This document shows, piece by piece, positions 15,916 through 25,004 of a stretch of 32,000 nt of DNA. Source of the stretch: Ktedonobacterales bacterium (GTDB lineage Bacteria > Chloroflexota > Ktedonobacteria > Ktedonobacterales > JADMIN01); assembly GCA_030167145.1 (NCBI GenBank), contig CP126532.1, positions 3,840,001 through 3,872,000 on the forward strand. Direction: 5' to 3'. Below the pieces are notes generated by a model. The model did no database searches, was not told where the DNA came from, and saw only the letters and a list, made by a program, of their open reading frames with translations. A program made the position numbers and the translations under genes. Each line of letters opens with the position of its first letter. The stretch's first letter is position 1.

Positions 15916-17037
15916 ATGTACATGTTCAATGCCACCGGACTTCGTCGCACACTGCACACACTTTTCGGTACGGTTCTCGTCGGCGCGCTCTGGGTCACCG
16001 CGCTCACCGGTCTCTCCTCGCGGCCCACTGCCACCGCGATGCTCACCGAACTTGGCGCGAACGTGCTCAATCCGTATCTGGTGGCGCACGGCGGCATCGG
16101 CGTGAGCGAAAGCACGTATGCTACGCTGCAAAAGACTGCCGCCGCCCATCCGAGCCAGGCGATCCCGCTCTCCATCCTCAGCGTGCAGGTGCTGGGCAGC
16201 GATATCGCGAAGAAGCCGTATAGCGAGGGCGTGCGTGTCATCTACAGCAAGATGGCGAATGTCTACTACGACAAGGGGCCATCTGGCTTCGTCAACATTC
16301 CGCCCGATGTGCAGAAGATTATCGGCTCGTTCGGTCTCTTCGGTAGCCAGGGCGCATCCTCGCTGCCGCCGGGTACGCTGCCGCCGGGCGTCAACGCGCC
16401 GCAATTGCCAGAGTTGCCGCCATTCCTCAAGCCGCTCTTTACCATTGTTGGCTTGAATCCCACTACCCTCACGGCTGCCGGGCACGCCAGCATCGCTTCG
16501 ATTCTACTGTGGTGGTGGGTGGCCGCGCTGGGGCTGGGCGCGCTCGCGATTGTCTTCAACTCTTCGGATAAACGGCTCTCAAGCGCGGCGTGGACGGTCT
16601 TCCACGCGGGCTATCCGCTGCTCATCATCGTGGCGCTGATTTGGATCTTCTCGCTGTTCAAGCCAGATATTTTCGCGCCGTTCCGGGGTATGTTTGCGCT
16701 CTTCGTCGGCGCGTTCGTGCCAGCCTATGCTGGCGCGACGGTGGTGGGCGTACTCGGCCTGATTCCCACGCTGCTCGCGCGCTTCCGTGGCGGCGCGAAG
16801 CCAGGCGCGCAGCGCGAAACGGCGCCGGTTCCCGCAGGCGGGTCTATCCCGATGTCTGGTATGCAGCCGGGGATGTATCCACCGAGCAGTCCAGGAATGC
16901 AGCCGGGGATGTACCCGCCGACCAGCCCAGGCGCGCAGCCGCCCACTGGCGACATGTCGCCACCACCGTATGGCTCGCCGATGCCGCCGTATGGCTCGCC
17001 GATGCCGCCGTATGGCTCGCCGCCACAGGGCCAGTAG
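15916..17037 (+). CDS. Membrane protein with C-terminal Pro/Gly/Tyr-rich repeat tail (hypothetical)
   Basis: N-terminal TM, a ~190-aa extracytoplasmic segment, then 3 TM helices and a low-complexity tail. ATG 15916 follows a GGGGGG run. The upstream part of listed ORF 15442..17037 is antisense to the aminopeptidase. Confidence 0.7.
   Translation: MYMFNATGLRRTLHTLFGTVLVGALWVTALTGLSSRPTATAMLTELGANVLNPYLVAHGGIGVSESTYATLQKTAAAHPSQAIPLSILSVQVLGSDIAKKPYSEGVRVIYSKMANVYYDKGPSGFVNIPPDVQKIIGSFGLFGSQGASSLPPGTLPPGVNAPQLPELPPFLKPLFTIVGLNPTTLTAAGHASIASILLWWWVAALGLGALAIVFNSSDKRLSSAAWTVFHAGYPLLIIVALIWIFSLFKPDIFAPFRGMFALFVGAFVPAYAGATVVGVLGLIPTLLARFRGGAKPGAQRETAPVPAGGSIPMSGMQPGMYPPSSPGMQPGMYPPTSPGAQPPTGDMSPPPYGSPMPPYGSPMPPYGSPPQGQ
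16861..16932 (+). repeat. Tandem 36-nt coding repeat x2 (MQPGMYPP[ST]SPG)
   Basis: atgcagccggggatgta[t/c]cc... is repeated head to tail within the CDS tail. Confidence 0.85.
16966..17022 (+). repeat. Tandem 21-nt coding repeat x2.7 (PYGSPMP)
   Basis: ccgtatggctcgccgatgccg occurs at 16966-16986 and 16987-17007 (identical), with a partial third copy running to 17022. Confidence 0.9.
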
Positions 17038-17053
17038 CGCGCGAGACAGCCCG

Positions 17054-17539
17054 TTACGATAGGCCGATCAGGCGGACGAGGCGGGTTGTGGAGTAGTTTT
17101 CGATGCGCGGCGTCACCACACGCAGTTCCACGCCGATGCCGCGCATCGCCTCACGCTTCGCTTCCAGAAACGGATCGTCCGCCGTCACCGCCAGATAGCG
17201 CGCTCCCAAGGGGTGCAGCAGTTCGGCGTAATACTCCGGGTCTACGCGCTCGCCGACGATGATGAAGGCGCGATCCACCACACGCAGCGCCTCTACCAGC
17301 GCCAGCCGGTCTTCCTCAGCCTGGATCGGACGGTCTGGACCCTTCCACCGCCGCACCCGCTCGTCGCTTTCCAGCCCCACGACCAGCGCATCACCCAGCC
17401 GCCGTGCGGCCTCCAGGAAGCGCAGGTGGCCGATATGCAGCAGGTCGAAGACGCCCGTCACCACCACCAATCCGCCGCGCTCTCTATCGTGCTCACTTAC
17501 GTTCCCGCCTACGTTCCCACTCGCGCCAGCCTTGCCCAT
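17054..17539 (-). CDS. Cytidylyl/adenylyl-transferase-like protein (TagD/RfaE-domain-II type)
   Basis: GVFDLLHIGHLRFL (HxGH nucleotidyltransferase motif), KGPDRPI, and VDRAF. Confidence 0.8.
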   Translation of the reverse strand: MGKAGASGNVGGNVSEHDRERGGLVVVTGVFDLLHIGHLRFLEAARRLGDALVVGLESDERVRRWKGPDRPIQAEEDRLALVEALRVVDRAFIIVGERVDPEYYAELLHPLGARYLAVTADDPFLEAKREAMRGIGVELRVVTPRIENYSTTRLVRLIGLS

Positions 17540-17798
17540 CGCCCGTATCCCTTGCCTTCTCGTGTGCTCGCCAGACTGCGCCCGGCCAAACAGATGCTCT
17601 CCGGCACATTATAGCGGTTGCGCCTCGCCAGGGCGAAGGTACGTGACCAGGGCTGGCTCAGCGGATTTTTCTCCCATCTTAAGGCATTTCTCAGGCGACC
17701 GTGCTTTTATAAGAATCATCCCTACTTGTCGTCATGTATGATCGCATGCTCAACTCGCATGATCTGCCGATGATGCGCCTTGTCAGGAGAATATCGCA

Positions 17799-18350
17799 AT
17801 GGATGACCAGACGCCGCCGCCCTTCTTCCAGGCTTCGCCGCAGGGCAACACCGACCCCGGCCACTTTGCCACGCCCGCCGATCTATCGCGGGCCGCGCCG
17901 CGTCGCCGCTTCTTCACCGGCAGCCGCCGGCGGCTACTCACCGGCGGGCTAATTGCGCTGGCGCTGGTGCTGCTCATTAGTGGTGTCGCCGTCGCCGCAT
18001 ACAATCTCGGCCAGAATAACACCGCCGCCGCTTCCGCCGCGCCCACCGCAACGGCTTCGGCGAAAAACGCCAGGAATCCCTTCCGCGCTGTGCTTACCGT
18101 CACCGCCCTCAACGGCAATACGATCACCGCAACCACCAAGGGTGGGATGACCGTCACCATCACCACCACCGCCAACACCAAATTCATCAGCGGTGGCGCA
18201 GCTATGGACCTCAGCAGTATCCAGCCTGGCATGCACATCAGGGTCAAGGGCAAGCGTAACGGCGCGAGTGCCATTATCGCAACAGAGATAGACATCGTCA
18301 CCAGCACTGACGCCGGAAAACCCACCTCTACGCCGACGGCTGCTGTGTAG
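17799..18350 (+). CDS. Membrane-anchored DUF5666-like protein
   Basis: AGGAGA Shine-Dalgarno, a single TM (LLTGGLIALALVLLISGVAVAA), then GNTITATTKGGMTVTITTTANTKF...LSSIQPGMHIRVKG, typical of DUF5666 beta-repeat domains. Confidence 0.6.
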   Translation: MDDQTPPPFFQASPQGNTDPGHFATPADLSRAAPRRRFFTGSRRRLLTGGLIALALVLLISGVAVAAYNLGQNNTAAASAAPTATASAKNARNPFRAVLTVTALNGNTITATTKGGMTVTITTTANTKFISGGAAMDLSSIQPGMHIRVKGKRNGASAIIATEIDIVTSTDAGKPTSTPTAAV

Positions 18351-18435
18351 TGCTGCGGACCTAACCTCTGGTCTATAGACCCTGCAAGGCGAGGGGGGCG
18401 CAGAATGTGGCGGACGAGAGAAGGGCAATACAAAG

Positions 18436-18464
18436 GGGCAGGCCGCGCATGACGCAACCTGCCC
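18436..18464 (-). terminator. Candidate intrinsic terminator after rpsI
   Basis: GGGCAGG-15 nt-CCTGCCC hairpin, followed on the minus strand by CTTTGTATTGCCC. It lies 28 nt downstream of the rpsI stop. The loop is large and the T-tract weak. Confidence 0.35.
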
Positions 18465-18491
18465 AGCATATCTGGCGTGTATCCGTGAAGC

Positions 18492-18893
18492 CTAGCGCTT
18501 CGTGTACTGTGGCGCCTTGCGGGCGCGCTTGAGGCCCGGCTTCTTGCGTTCCTTCATGCGGGGGTCTCGGGTGAGGAAGCCTGCGCGCCGCAGCGCGGGG
18601 CGGAACTCCTCGTCGGCGCGAACCAGCGCACGGGCGAGGCCGTGGCGCACCGCGCCCGCCTGGCCGCTGACGCCGCCGCCAGCGACCTTCACCCGAATGT
18701 TGAAACGACCGGCCATTTCGACCTGCCGCAATGGGCTATGCGCCATCGCGCTCAGCACTTCGCGCCCGAAGTACTGGTCGGCGTTGCGGCCATTGATGGT
18801 CATGGTGCCGTCGCCATTGGGAAACAACCGGACACGTGCGACGGCGGTCTTGCGCCGTCCCGTGCCGTAGTAGTAAGGCTGATGCTCCGCCAA
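18492..18893 (-). CDS. rpsI: 30S ribosomal protein S9
   Basis: [14 protein letters not shown]...ends [15 protein letters not shown] Shine-Dalgarno plus a 6-nt spacer precedes TTG 18893, giving 133 aa. The listed 18959 start is also TTG. Confidence 0.93.
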   Translation of the reverse strand: MAEHQPYYYGTGRRKTAVARVRLFPNGDGTMTINGRNADQYFGREVLSAMAHSPLRQVEMAGRFNIRVKVAGGGVSGQAGAVRHGLARALVRADEEFRPALRRAGFLTRDPRMKERKKPGLKRARKAPQYTKR

Positions 18894-18970
18894 AGTGATT
18901 CCTCCGATGGGCTGACCGCGCGTGCGCGGTCGCTGCGCTTCGCTCTCGCGAACGAACAACTACCGCGCTC

Positions 18971-19450
18971 TTACGCTTCTGCTGACGCCTGCTCCGCCAG
19001 CACGGACTCAGCGGTGGGCCGCTCCCACGGGATTGGCTGCTGCGCCGTGTGCGGATGGATTGGGCCGCCATAGACCTTCAGGCGATGGAGCATGCGGTCG
19101 GCCAGGCGGTTCTGCGGCAGCATGCCCTTGACCGCCAGTTCGATCACGCGCTCTGGGCGGCGGGCGAGTAACTGCCGCAGGGTCTCCTGCTTCAGGCCGC
19201 CGGGATATTGTGAGTGCCGGTAATACATCTTGTCGTCGAGGCGGTTGCGCGTCACGGCAATCTTGGACGCATTGATGACGACGACAAAATCGCCACAATT
19301 GAGATGCGGCGTAAAGGTCGGCTTGTGCTTGCCGCGCAGAATCGTCGCGATCTCGGTCGCTACGCGGCCTAAAATCTGATCTTCTGCGTCAATGATGTAC
19401 CAGCGTGGCTCCAGATCGTCGCGCTTGGCACTGTACGTTTTCGGATTCAT
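18971..19450 (-). CDS. rplM: 50S ribosomal protein L13
   Basis: [42 protein letters not shown]. Confidence 0.95.
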   Translation of the reverse strand: MNPKTYSAKRDDLEPRWYIIDAEDQILGRVATEIATILRGKHKPTFTPHLNCGDFVVVINASKIAVTRNRLDDKMYYRHSQYPGGLKQETLRQLLARRPERVIELAVKGMLPQNRLADRMLHRLKVYGGPIHPHTAQQPIPWERPTAESVLAEQASAEA

Positions 19451-19523
19451 GTAAGGTTCTCCACATCACGCGCACCGCGCGACCACTTGGAATATCGCGG
19501 CCCGGCGGACCGCATCGCGTCTC

Positions 19524-20309
19524 CTACCAGGAAACCATCCCGGCAGGATACGTCACGCCAACAAGATACAAGCCACACGCCGGAGCCGCTGGGGCGGCCA
19601 GCGCCTTGTCGCGGGACTCCAGCACATGCTGGAAGTCCGCGAGCGAGAGGCGGCCATCGCCCACCCGCGCAATCGTCCCCACCAGCCGCCGTACCATCCC
19701 CGAAAGGAAGGCGTTGGCGGTGAAGTCGCATTCGACCTCATCAGGCGCCAACTCGCTCTGGCGACATGTCGCCGCGAGCATCGTCCGCACAGTATGCCCC
19801 CGGATGCCGGTGGCACGCTGGTCGCGCGGACTGGAACCAAATGCGCCGAAGTCATGCTCGCCCACCAGCAGAGCGGCGGCGGCGCACATCGCGCCGACAT
19901 CCAGCGCCTTTGGCGTTCGCCAGGCATAGCGTTCGCGCAATGGCGCTCGCACAGCCTTCGCGAAGAGGCGGTACCGGTAGCTGCGCGCCAGCGCGCGCCA
20001 GCGGGCGCGGAAGGCGTCATCTACCTGACACATCGCCCGGATCGCGACATCCGCTGGCAAGAGCGCATTCAGCGCACGATGCCAATCGGCCTCGCTCAGC
20101 CGGTCTGGCGCGGTGAAGTTGATCACCTGGCCCGTCGCGTGGACCCCACTATCAGTGCGGCCCGCCGCTTCAATCGGAATTGTCGCGCCCGCGATACGCG
20201 CGATGGCTGCCTCGATGGCTCCCTGCACCGTCGGCCCTTTTTCGGGCGGCTGGCGCTGGAAACCGGCGAAGCGTGTGCCATCGTACTCGACAAGCGCGGC
20301 AAAATTCAC
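19524..20309 (-). CDS. truA: tRNA pseudouridine(38-40) synthase
   Basis: VEYDGTRFAGFQRQ, catalytic-Asp motif GRTDSGVHATGQV. GTG start. Confidence 0.92.
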   Translation of the reverse strand: MNFAALVEYDGTRFAGFQRQPPEKGPTVQGAIEAAIARIAGATIPIEAAGRTDSGVHATGQVINFTAPDRLSEADWHRALNALLPADVAIRAMCQVDDAFRARWRALARSYRYRLFAKAVRAPLRERYAWRTPKALDVGAMCAAAALLVGEHDFGAFGSSPRDQRATGIRGHTVRTMLAATCRQSELAPDEVECDFTANAFLSGMVRRLVGTIARVGDGRLSLADFQHVLESRDKALAAPAAPACGLYLVGVTYPAGMVSW

Positions 20310-20339
20310 GGCTGCTACCCGCCAGAACGCCCAACCGGG

Positions 20340-20975
20340 TTAGACCCGGCCGACAAGCTCCAGCTTCACCATTTCCGCGCCGTCGCCCTGGCGGCGGCCC
20401 AGCTTAGTGATGCGTGTGTAGCCACCCTTGCGTCCGGCGTACTGCGGCACGAGCAGCTCGAAGATCTTCTTCACGCGCAACTCTTGCGGCAGGCGGCGCA
20501 AGATGGTGCGGCGCGCATGCAGTTCGATGGCCATGGCCTCGCGCGCGGCCTGAAGCGCTTTGGCGGCCTCTTCGCGGTCGCGGATGAGGCCGAGCATTTC
20601 TTTCTGCATGCCTTCGAGCCGCGCTTGCTTAAGCTTGCGGGCGTCGTCGCTCAGCGGGAACTTGCCCACTGCGGCGCGCTCTTCGTTCGACGGAATCTTT
20701 TCGTCGAGGGTGAAGCGCCCCTTGCGGGCCAGTTCCAGGACTTGTTCGGCCAGATAGTCGTCGTCTACAACGGCTTTCAGATGCGCCCAGGCGTCGCCGT
20801 GGCCGCGAATGGCGATGGCGATGATGCGCTCAGCCTCGCCGCGCACGGCTTTGGCGCGTGCCTCGGTGGTGACGATGGCCTCGTGTGTAAAGAGGCCGTC
20901 CATCAGATTACGGAACGCCGAGCGCCGTCGCGCTTCTGGCATATTGATGCGGTTGCCCGCGATACGATGCCTCAC
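20340..20975 (-). CDS. rplQ: 50S ribosomal protein L17 with large internal insertion
   Basis: The N-terminus MRHR...FRNL...TTEARAKA and the C-terminus LHARR...YAGRKGGYTRITKLG...VKLELV match L17. About 90 extra residues lie between them, giving 211 aa total. Confidence 0.9.
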   Translation of the reverse strand: MRHRIAGNRINMPEARRRSAFRNLMDGLFTHEAIVTTEARAKAVRGEAERIIAIAIRGHGDAWAHLKAVVDDDYLAEQVLELARKGRFTLDEKIPSNEERAAVGKFPLSDDARKLKQARLEGMQKEMLGLIRDREEAAKALQAAREAMAIELHARRTILRRLPQELRVKKIFELLVPQYAGRKGGYTRITKLGRRQGDGAEMVKLELVGRV

Positions 20976-20999
20976 GTCTCTTCCTCCTCAGTGGCGCCG

Positions 21000-22013
21000 C
21001 TAGGCGTTCGCGTCCGCGCCATTAAAGCTTTCCGGGCCACCCAGATCGCCATGAGGCCGCATCGGCAACAGATGCCGCTGCAGCAGGCGTTCCTCTAGCT
21101 CAGTCAGGCTCTTCTCGCCGAAGTTGCGCACTGCCAGCAGGTCGTCGCGATTCATGGTGAGAATCTGGCCAACCTTGGTGATGTTGCTGCGCTTCAGGCA
21201 GTTGTAGGCCCGAACCGTCAACTCCAGCTCTTCGATGGGCATATCGTAGATGCGCTGCGGGATGGCATATTCGGTGGTTTTCGTCGAGCGCTCGCCGGCG
21301 TCAATCAGGCCGCGTGTCGGCTCATGCTCGACTGGCTCGTCGAACCCGGCGATCATCTCAAATTGCGAGACCAGCACACGCGCGGCCTGGCGAATGGCTT
21401 CGTCGGGTGTGAGTGTGCCATCGGTCCAGATGTGCAGCACGACTTTGTCGTAGTTGGTCATCTGGCCGACGCGGGTATGCTCGACGGTGTAATTCACGCG
21501 CTGCACCGGCGTGAAGATGGCGTCCACGGGGATCTGCCCGATGGGCTGATCTTCCTTGGATTCCGCGGGCACGTAGCCCTTGCCCGTCTCGACGACAAGC
21601 TCCATCTCGAAGCGCCCGTTGGGGTCGTCCACCGTGCAGATATGCAGATCTGGCGTGACGATTTCAACGGAACTGGGCGCCTGGATGTCGGCGGCGGTGA
21701 TGTCGCGCTCGCCGGTCACCTCGATGCGCATGGTGACAGGACGGTCGGAGAACGAACGTAGGCGCAGCTTCTTGACGTTGAGGACGATGTCGGTGACATC
21801 TTCCTTCACGCCCGGCACATCCTGGAACTCGTGCTTGACGCCTTCGATGCGAATGGAGGTGACGGCGGCGCCGCTGAGCGAAGAGAGCAGCATGCGCCGC
21901 AGCGAGTTGCCCAGCGTCATGCCATAGCCCGCTTCAAGCGGTTCGATGTCATAGCTGGCATACTGTTCGTCAGATTGGGTTGCGGTGATGTGCGGTACGG
22001 CAATATCTAGCAA
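21000..22013 (-). CDS. rpoA: DNA-directed RNA polymerase subunit alpha
   Basis: GYGMTLGNSLRRMLLSSL, and a C-terminal domain with ELELTVRAYNCLKR...NFGEKSL. AAGGAGG plus an 8-nt spacer precedes TTG 22013, giving 337 aa. The listed 22196 start overlaps rpsD. Confidence 0.93.
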   Translation of the reverse strand: MLDIAVPHITATQSDEQYASYDIEPLEAGYGMTLGNSLRRMLLSSLSGAAVTSIRIEGVKHEFQDVPGVKEDVTDIVLNVKKLRLRSFSDRPVTMRIEVTGERDITAADIQAPSSVEIVTPDLHICTVDDPNGRFEMELVVETGKGYVPAESKEDQPIGQIPVDAIFTPVQRVNYTVEHTRVGQMTNYDKVVLHIWTDGTLTPDEAIRQAARVLVSQFEMIAGFDEPVEHEPTRGLIDAGERSTKTTEYAIPQRIYDMPIEELELTVRAYNCLKRSNITKVGQILTMNRDDLLAVRNFGEKSLTELEERLLQRHLLPMRPHGDLGGPESFNGADANA

Positions 22014-22029
22014 GGGGATCCCCTCCTTA

Positions 22030-22659
22030 TTACCGCTGATAGTACTCGACGACCAGCGCCTCATCGAAGGGCAGTTCCAGATCCTGGCGGGTCGGAACCG
22101 CAAGAATTCGCCCGGCGAGGGCGGTGGTATCCAGACGCAGCCACGATGGCACGCCACGGGTGTTGAGCATGAGAGCGCGCGTCTTGAAATATTCAAGGTT
22201 GCGGCTGTTCTCGCGGACCGTCACCTCATCGCCGGGCTTGAGCGTGGCGGATGGGATGTCGAGCTTGCGGCCATTCACGCGGAAGTGCCCATGGGTGACG
22301 AGTTGGCGTGCCTGGGCGCGCGAATCGGCGAAGCCGAGGCGGTAAACGATATTGTCGGTGCGCATTTCGAGCAACTGCAACAGGTTTTCGCCGGTCTTGC
22401 CGGGGCGGCTGAGCGCAATATCGAAATAGCGTTTGAACTGGCGCTCCAGCAGGCCGTATGAGCGACGGACCTTCTGTTTCTCGCGCAACTGGACACCACG
22501 TCCAGAGAGCTTGCGCGCGCGGGCCTGGCCATGCTGACCGGGGCGGGTATTGCGCCGTTCGATGGCGCACTTGGAACTCATGCATCTGTCGCCCTTGAGA
22601 AAGAGCTTCATGCCTTCGCGTCTGCAGATGCGGCAGACCGGACCAGTATATCGGGCCAT
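22030..22659 (-). CDS. rpsD: 30S ribosomal protein S4
   Basis: [16 protein letters not shown]...KLFLKGDRC, with an S4 domain ([12 protein letters not shown]-like: [26 protein letters not shown]). Confidence 0.95.
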   Translation of the reverse strand: MARYTGPVCRICRREGMKLFLKGDRCMSSKCAIERRNTRPGQHGQARARKLSGRGVQLREKQKVRRSYGLLERQFKRYFDIALSRPGKTGENLLQLLEMRTDNIVYRLGFADSRAQARQLVTHGHFRVNGRKLDIPSATLKPGDEVTVRENSRNLEYFKTRALMLNTRGVPSWLRLDTTALAGRILAVPTRQDLELPFDEALVVEYYQR

Positions 22660-23120
22660 GTGTGCTGTATCGTCCTCCTACGGAGTGTGCGGAACGTACT
22701 GTGTTCGGTTCAAGATTCCGAGAAACGCTGACCATACGCAAGAGCCGAACGCGCCACGCTGCCTGGACCACCGCAGACCTCGCGCCGCCAGCCGCAGCGA
22801 CAGCGAAGTTCGGTCGGATCCAAAGCGCGGCGCCTCAGTATCGCGATGCGTGGATGATGGGGACAAAGAACATACTCCGTGGGCTACACACGGCCCGAAG
22901 CGCGCTTTTGGCGCTTCATCACTCCCGCTCAGGACGTAAGCGGTGTCCCGCAAGCTCAGACTCCATTTCGCTTCGCGCGTACCAGGGTGCTCGTGTCGTT
23001 TGAGCTATGCCCACCAGAGGAGCCGTTGCGGGAACCCCAAGGGGCGAGAAAATTGCCTATCGAGAAATCGGAGAAGTCGGCGACGAGATCGCCAGACGAC
23101 GCCAGATTCAGAACGCCAGA

Positions 23121-23525
23121 CTAGACGCGGCGGCGCTTGGGTGGGCGACAGCCATTGTGCGGAATCGGTGTCACATCGGTGATCGAAACCACCTGCATCC
23201 CCGCTGCTTGCAGCGCGCGGATTGCCGCTTCGCGGCCAGAGCCAGGCCCACGTACATAGACTTCGATCTGCCGGACGCCGTGCTCCATCGCCTTGCGGGC
23301 CGCTGTCTCCGCCGTCACCTGGGCGGCGTATGGCGTGCTCTTGCGCGAGCCGCGGAAGTTGGATGATCCGGCGGTACACCAGGAGAGCACATTGCCATTG
23401 GGGTCGGAGATCGTCACAATCGTATTGTTGAACGTCGCCTGGATGTGCGCCTGGCCACGCGGAACCGACTTACGTTCGCGCCTGCGCTGCCGGCCCACGG
23501 GCCGTTTGACACCCTTTTCCGCCAT
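23121..23525 (-). CDS. rpsK: 30S ribosomal protein S11
   Basis: [18 protein letters not shown]...STPYAAQ...[20 protein letters not shown]. Confidence 0.95.
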   Translation of the reverse strand: MAEKGVKRPVGRQRRRERKSVPRGQAHIQATFNNTIVTISDPNGNVLSWCTAGSSNFRGSRKSTPYAAQVTAETAARKAMEHGVRQIEVYVRGPGSGREAAIRALQAAGMQVVSITDVTPIPHNGCRPPKRRRV

Positions 23526-23598
23526 GCTTGCTGTAACCCTTTCGTGTCCCCAGGCGACTGGTGTCGCGGGGAGATCGCACCGCGCTCAGGCGGCGCGT

Positions 23599-23985
23599 TT
23601 ACTTCTTCGTCGCCTTCTTCTTGCCCGCGACCGTCTTCTTGGCGCCACGCTTGGTGCGCGCGTTGGTGCGCGTGCGCTGGCCGTGAACCGGCAGGTTGCG
23701 GCGATGCCGGATGCCACGATAGCAGCCGATCTCGATGAGCCGCTTGATATTCATGTCCACTTCGCGGCGCAGGTCGCCTTCGACCTTATGCTCGTCGTTG
23801 CGGTCAATGAACTCGCGGAGCCGGGCGACTTCGTCTTCAGTGAGATCTTTCACCCGCGTATCGGGACTGACTCGTGTCTTGGCAAGGATGTCCTTGCTAT
23901 ACGACGGGCCAATACCGTAGATGTAGGTTAGCGCGACTTCTACACGCTTGTCGCGGGGAATGTCTACCCCGGCGATTCTGGCCAT
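23599..23985 (-). CDS. rpsM: 30S ribosomal protein S13
   Basis: [26 protein letters not shown]...[26 protein letters not shown]. Confidence 0.95.
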   Translation of the reverse strand: MARIAGVDIPRDKRVEVALTYIYGIGPSYSKDILAKTRVSPDTRVKDLTEDEVARLREFIDRNDEHKVEGDLRREVDMNIKRLIEIGCYRGIRHRRNLPVHGQRTRTNARTKRGAKKTVAGKKKATKK

Positions 23986-24183
23986 GCGCCAGCTCCTCCT
24001 CGCTTCGTGCCGCTACTCGCATCATCGGCAGGATTCGCGCGGCCCAGTTGCCGCGTGTTGCCTGCCCTACCGTGTTACCAACCAGATGAAACGGAAACCG
24101 GCGATGCGCCTGACAGACGGCTACCCAGACACCCCCGAAGAGGCATCTGGGTGGCTGTTACCTGCTGCCCGGCGCATATGCCA

Positions 24184-24300
24184 TTATCCCTGCCGCTGCT
24201 TATGTTTTGGATTCTTGCTGCAAATGACCATCACCACACGCTCGCGGCGAATGACCTTGCAGTGCTCACAGCGCGGCTTGACCGACGCTCGTACTTTCAC
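24184..24300 (-). CDS. rpmJ: 50S ribosomal protein L36 (not in ORF track, 38 aa)
   Basis: Hand translation of the minus strand gives [48 protein letters not shown] lies 5 nt upstream of GTG 24300. Confidence 0.9.
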   Translation of the reverse strand: MKVRASVKPRCEHCKVIRRERVVMVICSKNPKHKQRQG

Positions 24301-24653
24301 GTTGTTCTCCCTATGCTCGGCTGGCAGCCCGGCTGGATACGAGCCGCCACGCAGGCGCGCGCCACCGCAAATTCACCGTCGTCTCGGCTGCCGACATCAC
24401 CATACGCTGCTCTAGAACGCACATTTTAAAGAAGAGATCTTCCTGATGTTTGGTGAAGTGTGTCAACCATGGCACTGCCCGCTCATACACTACAGCGAAG
24501 CAAACCGCTGTTTGGTCGCGCGGACAGACTTTCTGGCTGTTCTCCGTCACCTACTCGCTGGTTGGACGCTTGCCTGCACGCGCGCAACAAAGCAGCTATG
24601 CTCCATCGCGCCAGCGCGGCTACGCCACTCGCCGGAGGCTCCCAGGGATCGGC

Positions 24654-24878
24654 TTACGCGCGGCCCCGAAACGTGATGCGGCCCTTGGTGAGATCATACG
24701 GCGTCAACTCGACGCGCACTTTATCGCCTGGAATGACACGGATGAAATTCATACGCATCTTGCCAGAAAGATGCGCGAGCACCACATGCTCGCCATCAGC
24801 CAGGAGCACGCGAAACATCGCGTTGGGGAGGGATTCGATGACCGTTCCCTCTACTTCTATGCCGTCGCGCTTTGCCAT
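24654..24878 (-). CDS. infA: Translation initiation factor IF-1
   Basis: [65 protein letters not shown]. Confidence 0.95.
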   Translation of the reverse strand: MAKRDGIEVEGTVIESLPNAMFRVLLADGEHVVLAHLSGKMRMNFIRVIPGDKVRVELTPYDLTKGRITFRGRA

Positions 24879-25004
24879 ACGATCCTTTCAATGCGTCTCT
24901 CGCAACTGAGTATCCAGCGCCGATCCACTCTTCTCGCGCCTCTTCTCGCGCCGCGAAACGAGGCCGAAGCACGCAAGATGAGTTTCAGGTGCAGCCAACT
25001 TGGG

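Noticed and set aside
22013-22196. 61-codon N-terminal extension of rpoA in the ORF track
   Set aside because: It overlaps the 3' end of rpsD. Alpha-subunit homology starts at LDIAVPH, immediately after an AAGGAGG-8 nt-TTG start.
22678-23124. ORFs inside the rpsK-rpsD spacer (22678..22953 -, 22662..23003 +, 22879..23124 +)
   Set aside because: Translations are low-complexity (Arg/Ser/Pro) with no Shine-Dalgarno and no recognisable motifs. The region is treated as non-coding.
24311-24550. 79-aa ORF (-) in the infA-rpmJ spacer ending next to the rpmJ Shine-Dalgarno
   Set aside because: Third-position G+C is clearly lower than in neighbouring genes, there is no Shine-Dalgarno, and the translation is unremarkable. 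An upstream-ORF role cannot be excluded but is unsupported.
22660-24653. Possibility that the long spacers hide RNase P RNA, tmRNA, SRP RNA or a tRNA
   Set aside because: I could find no GGAAAGUCCGG-type RNase P core, no tmRNA-like GGGG...tag-reading-frame...UCCACCA end, no SRP GGAA/AGCA helix-8 motif and no cloverleaf. Only a covariance-model scan could settle this.
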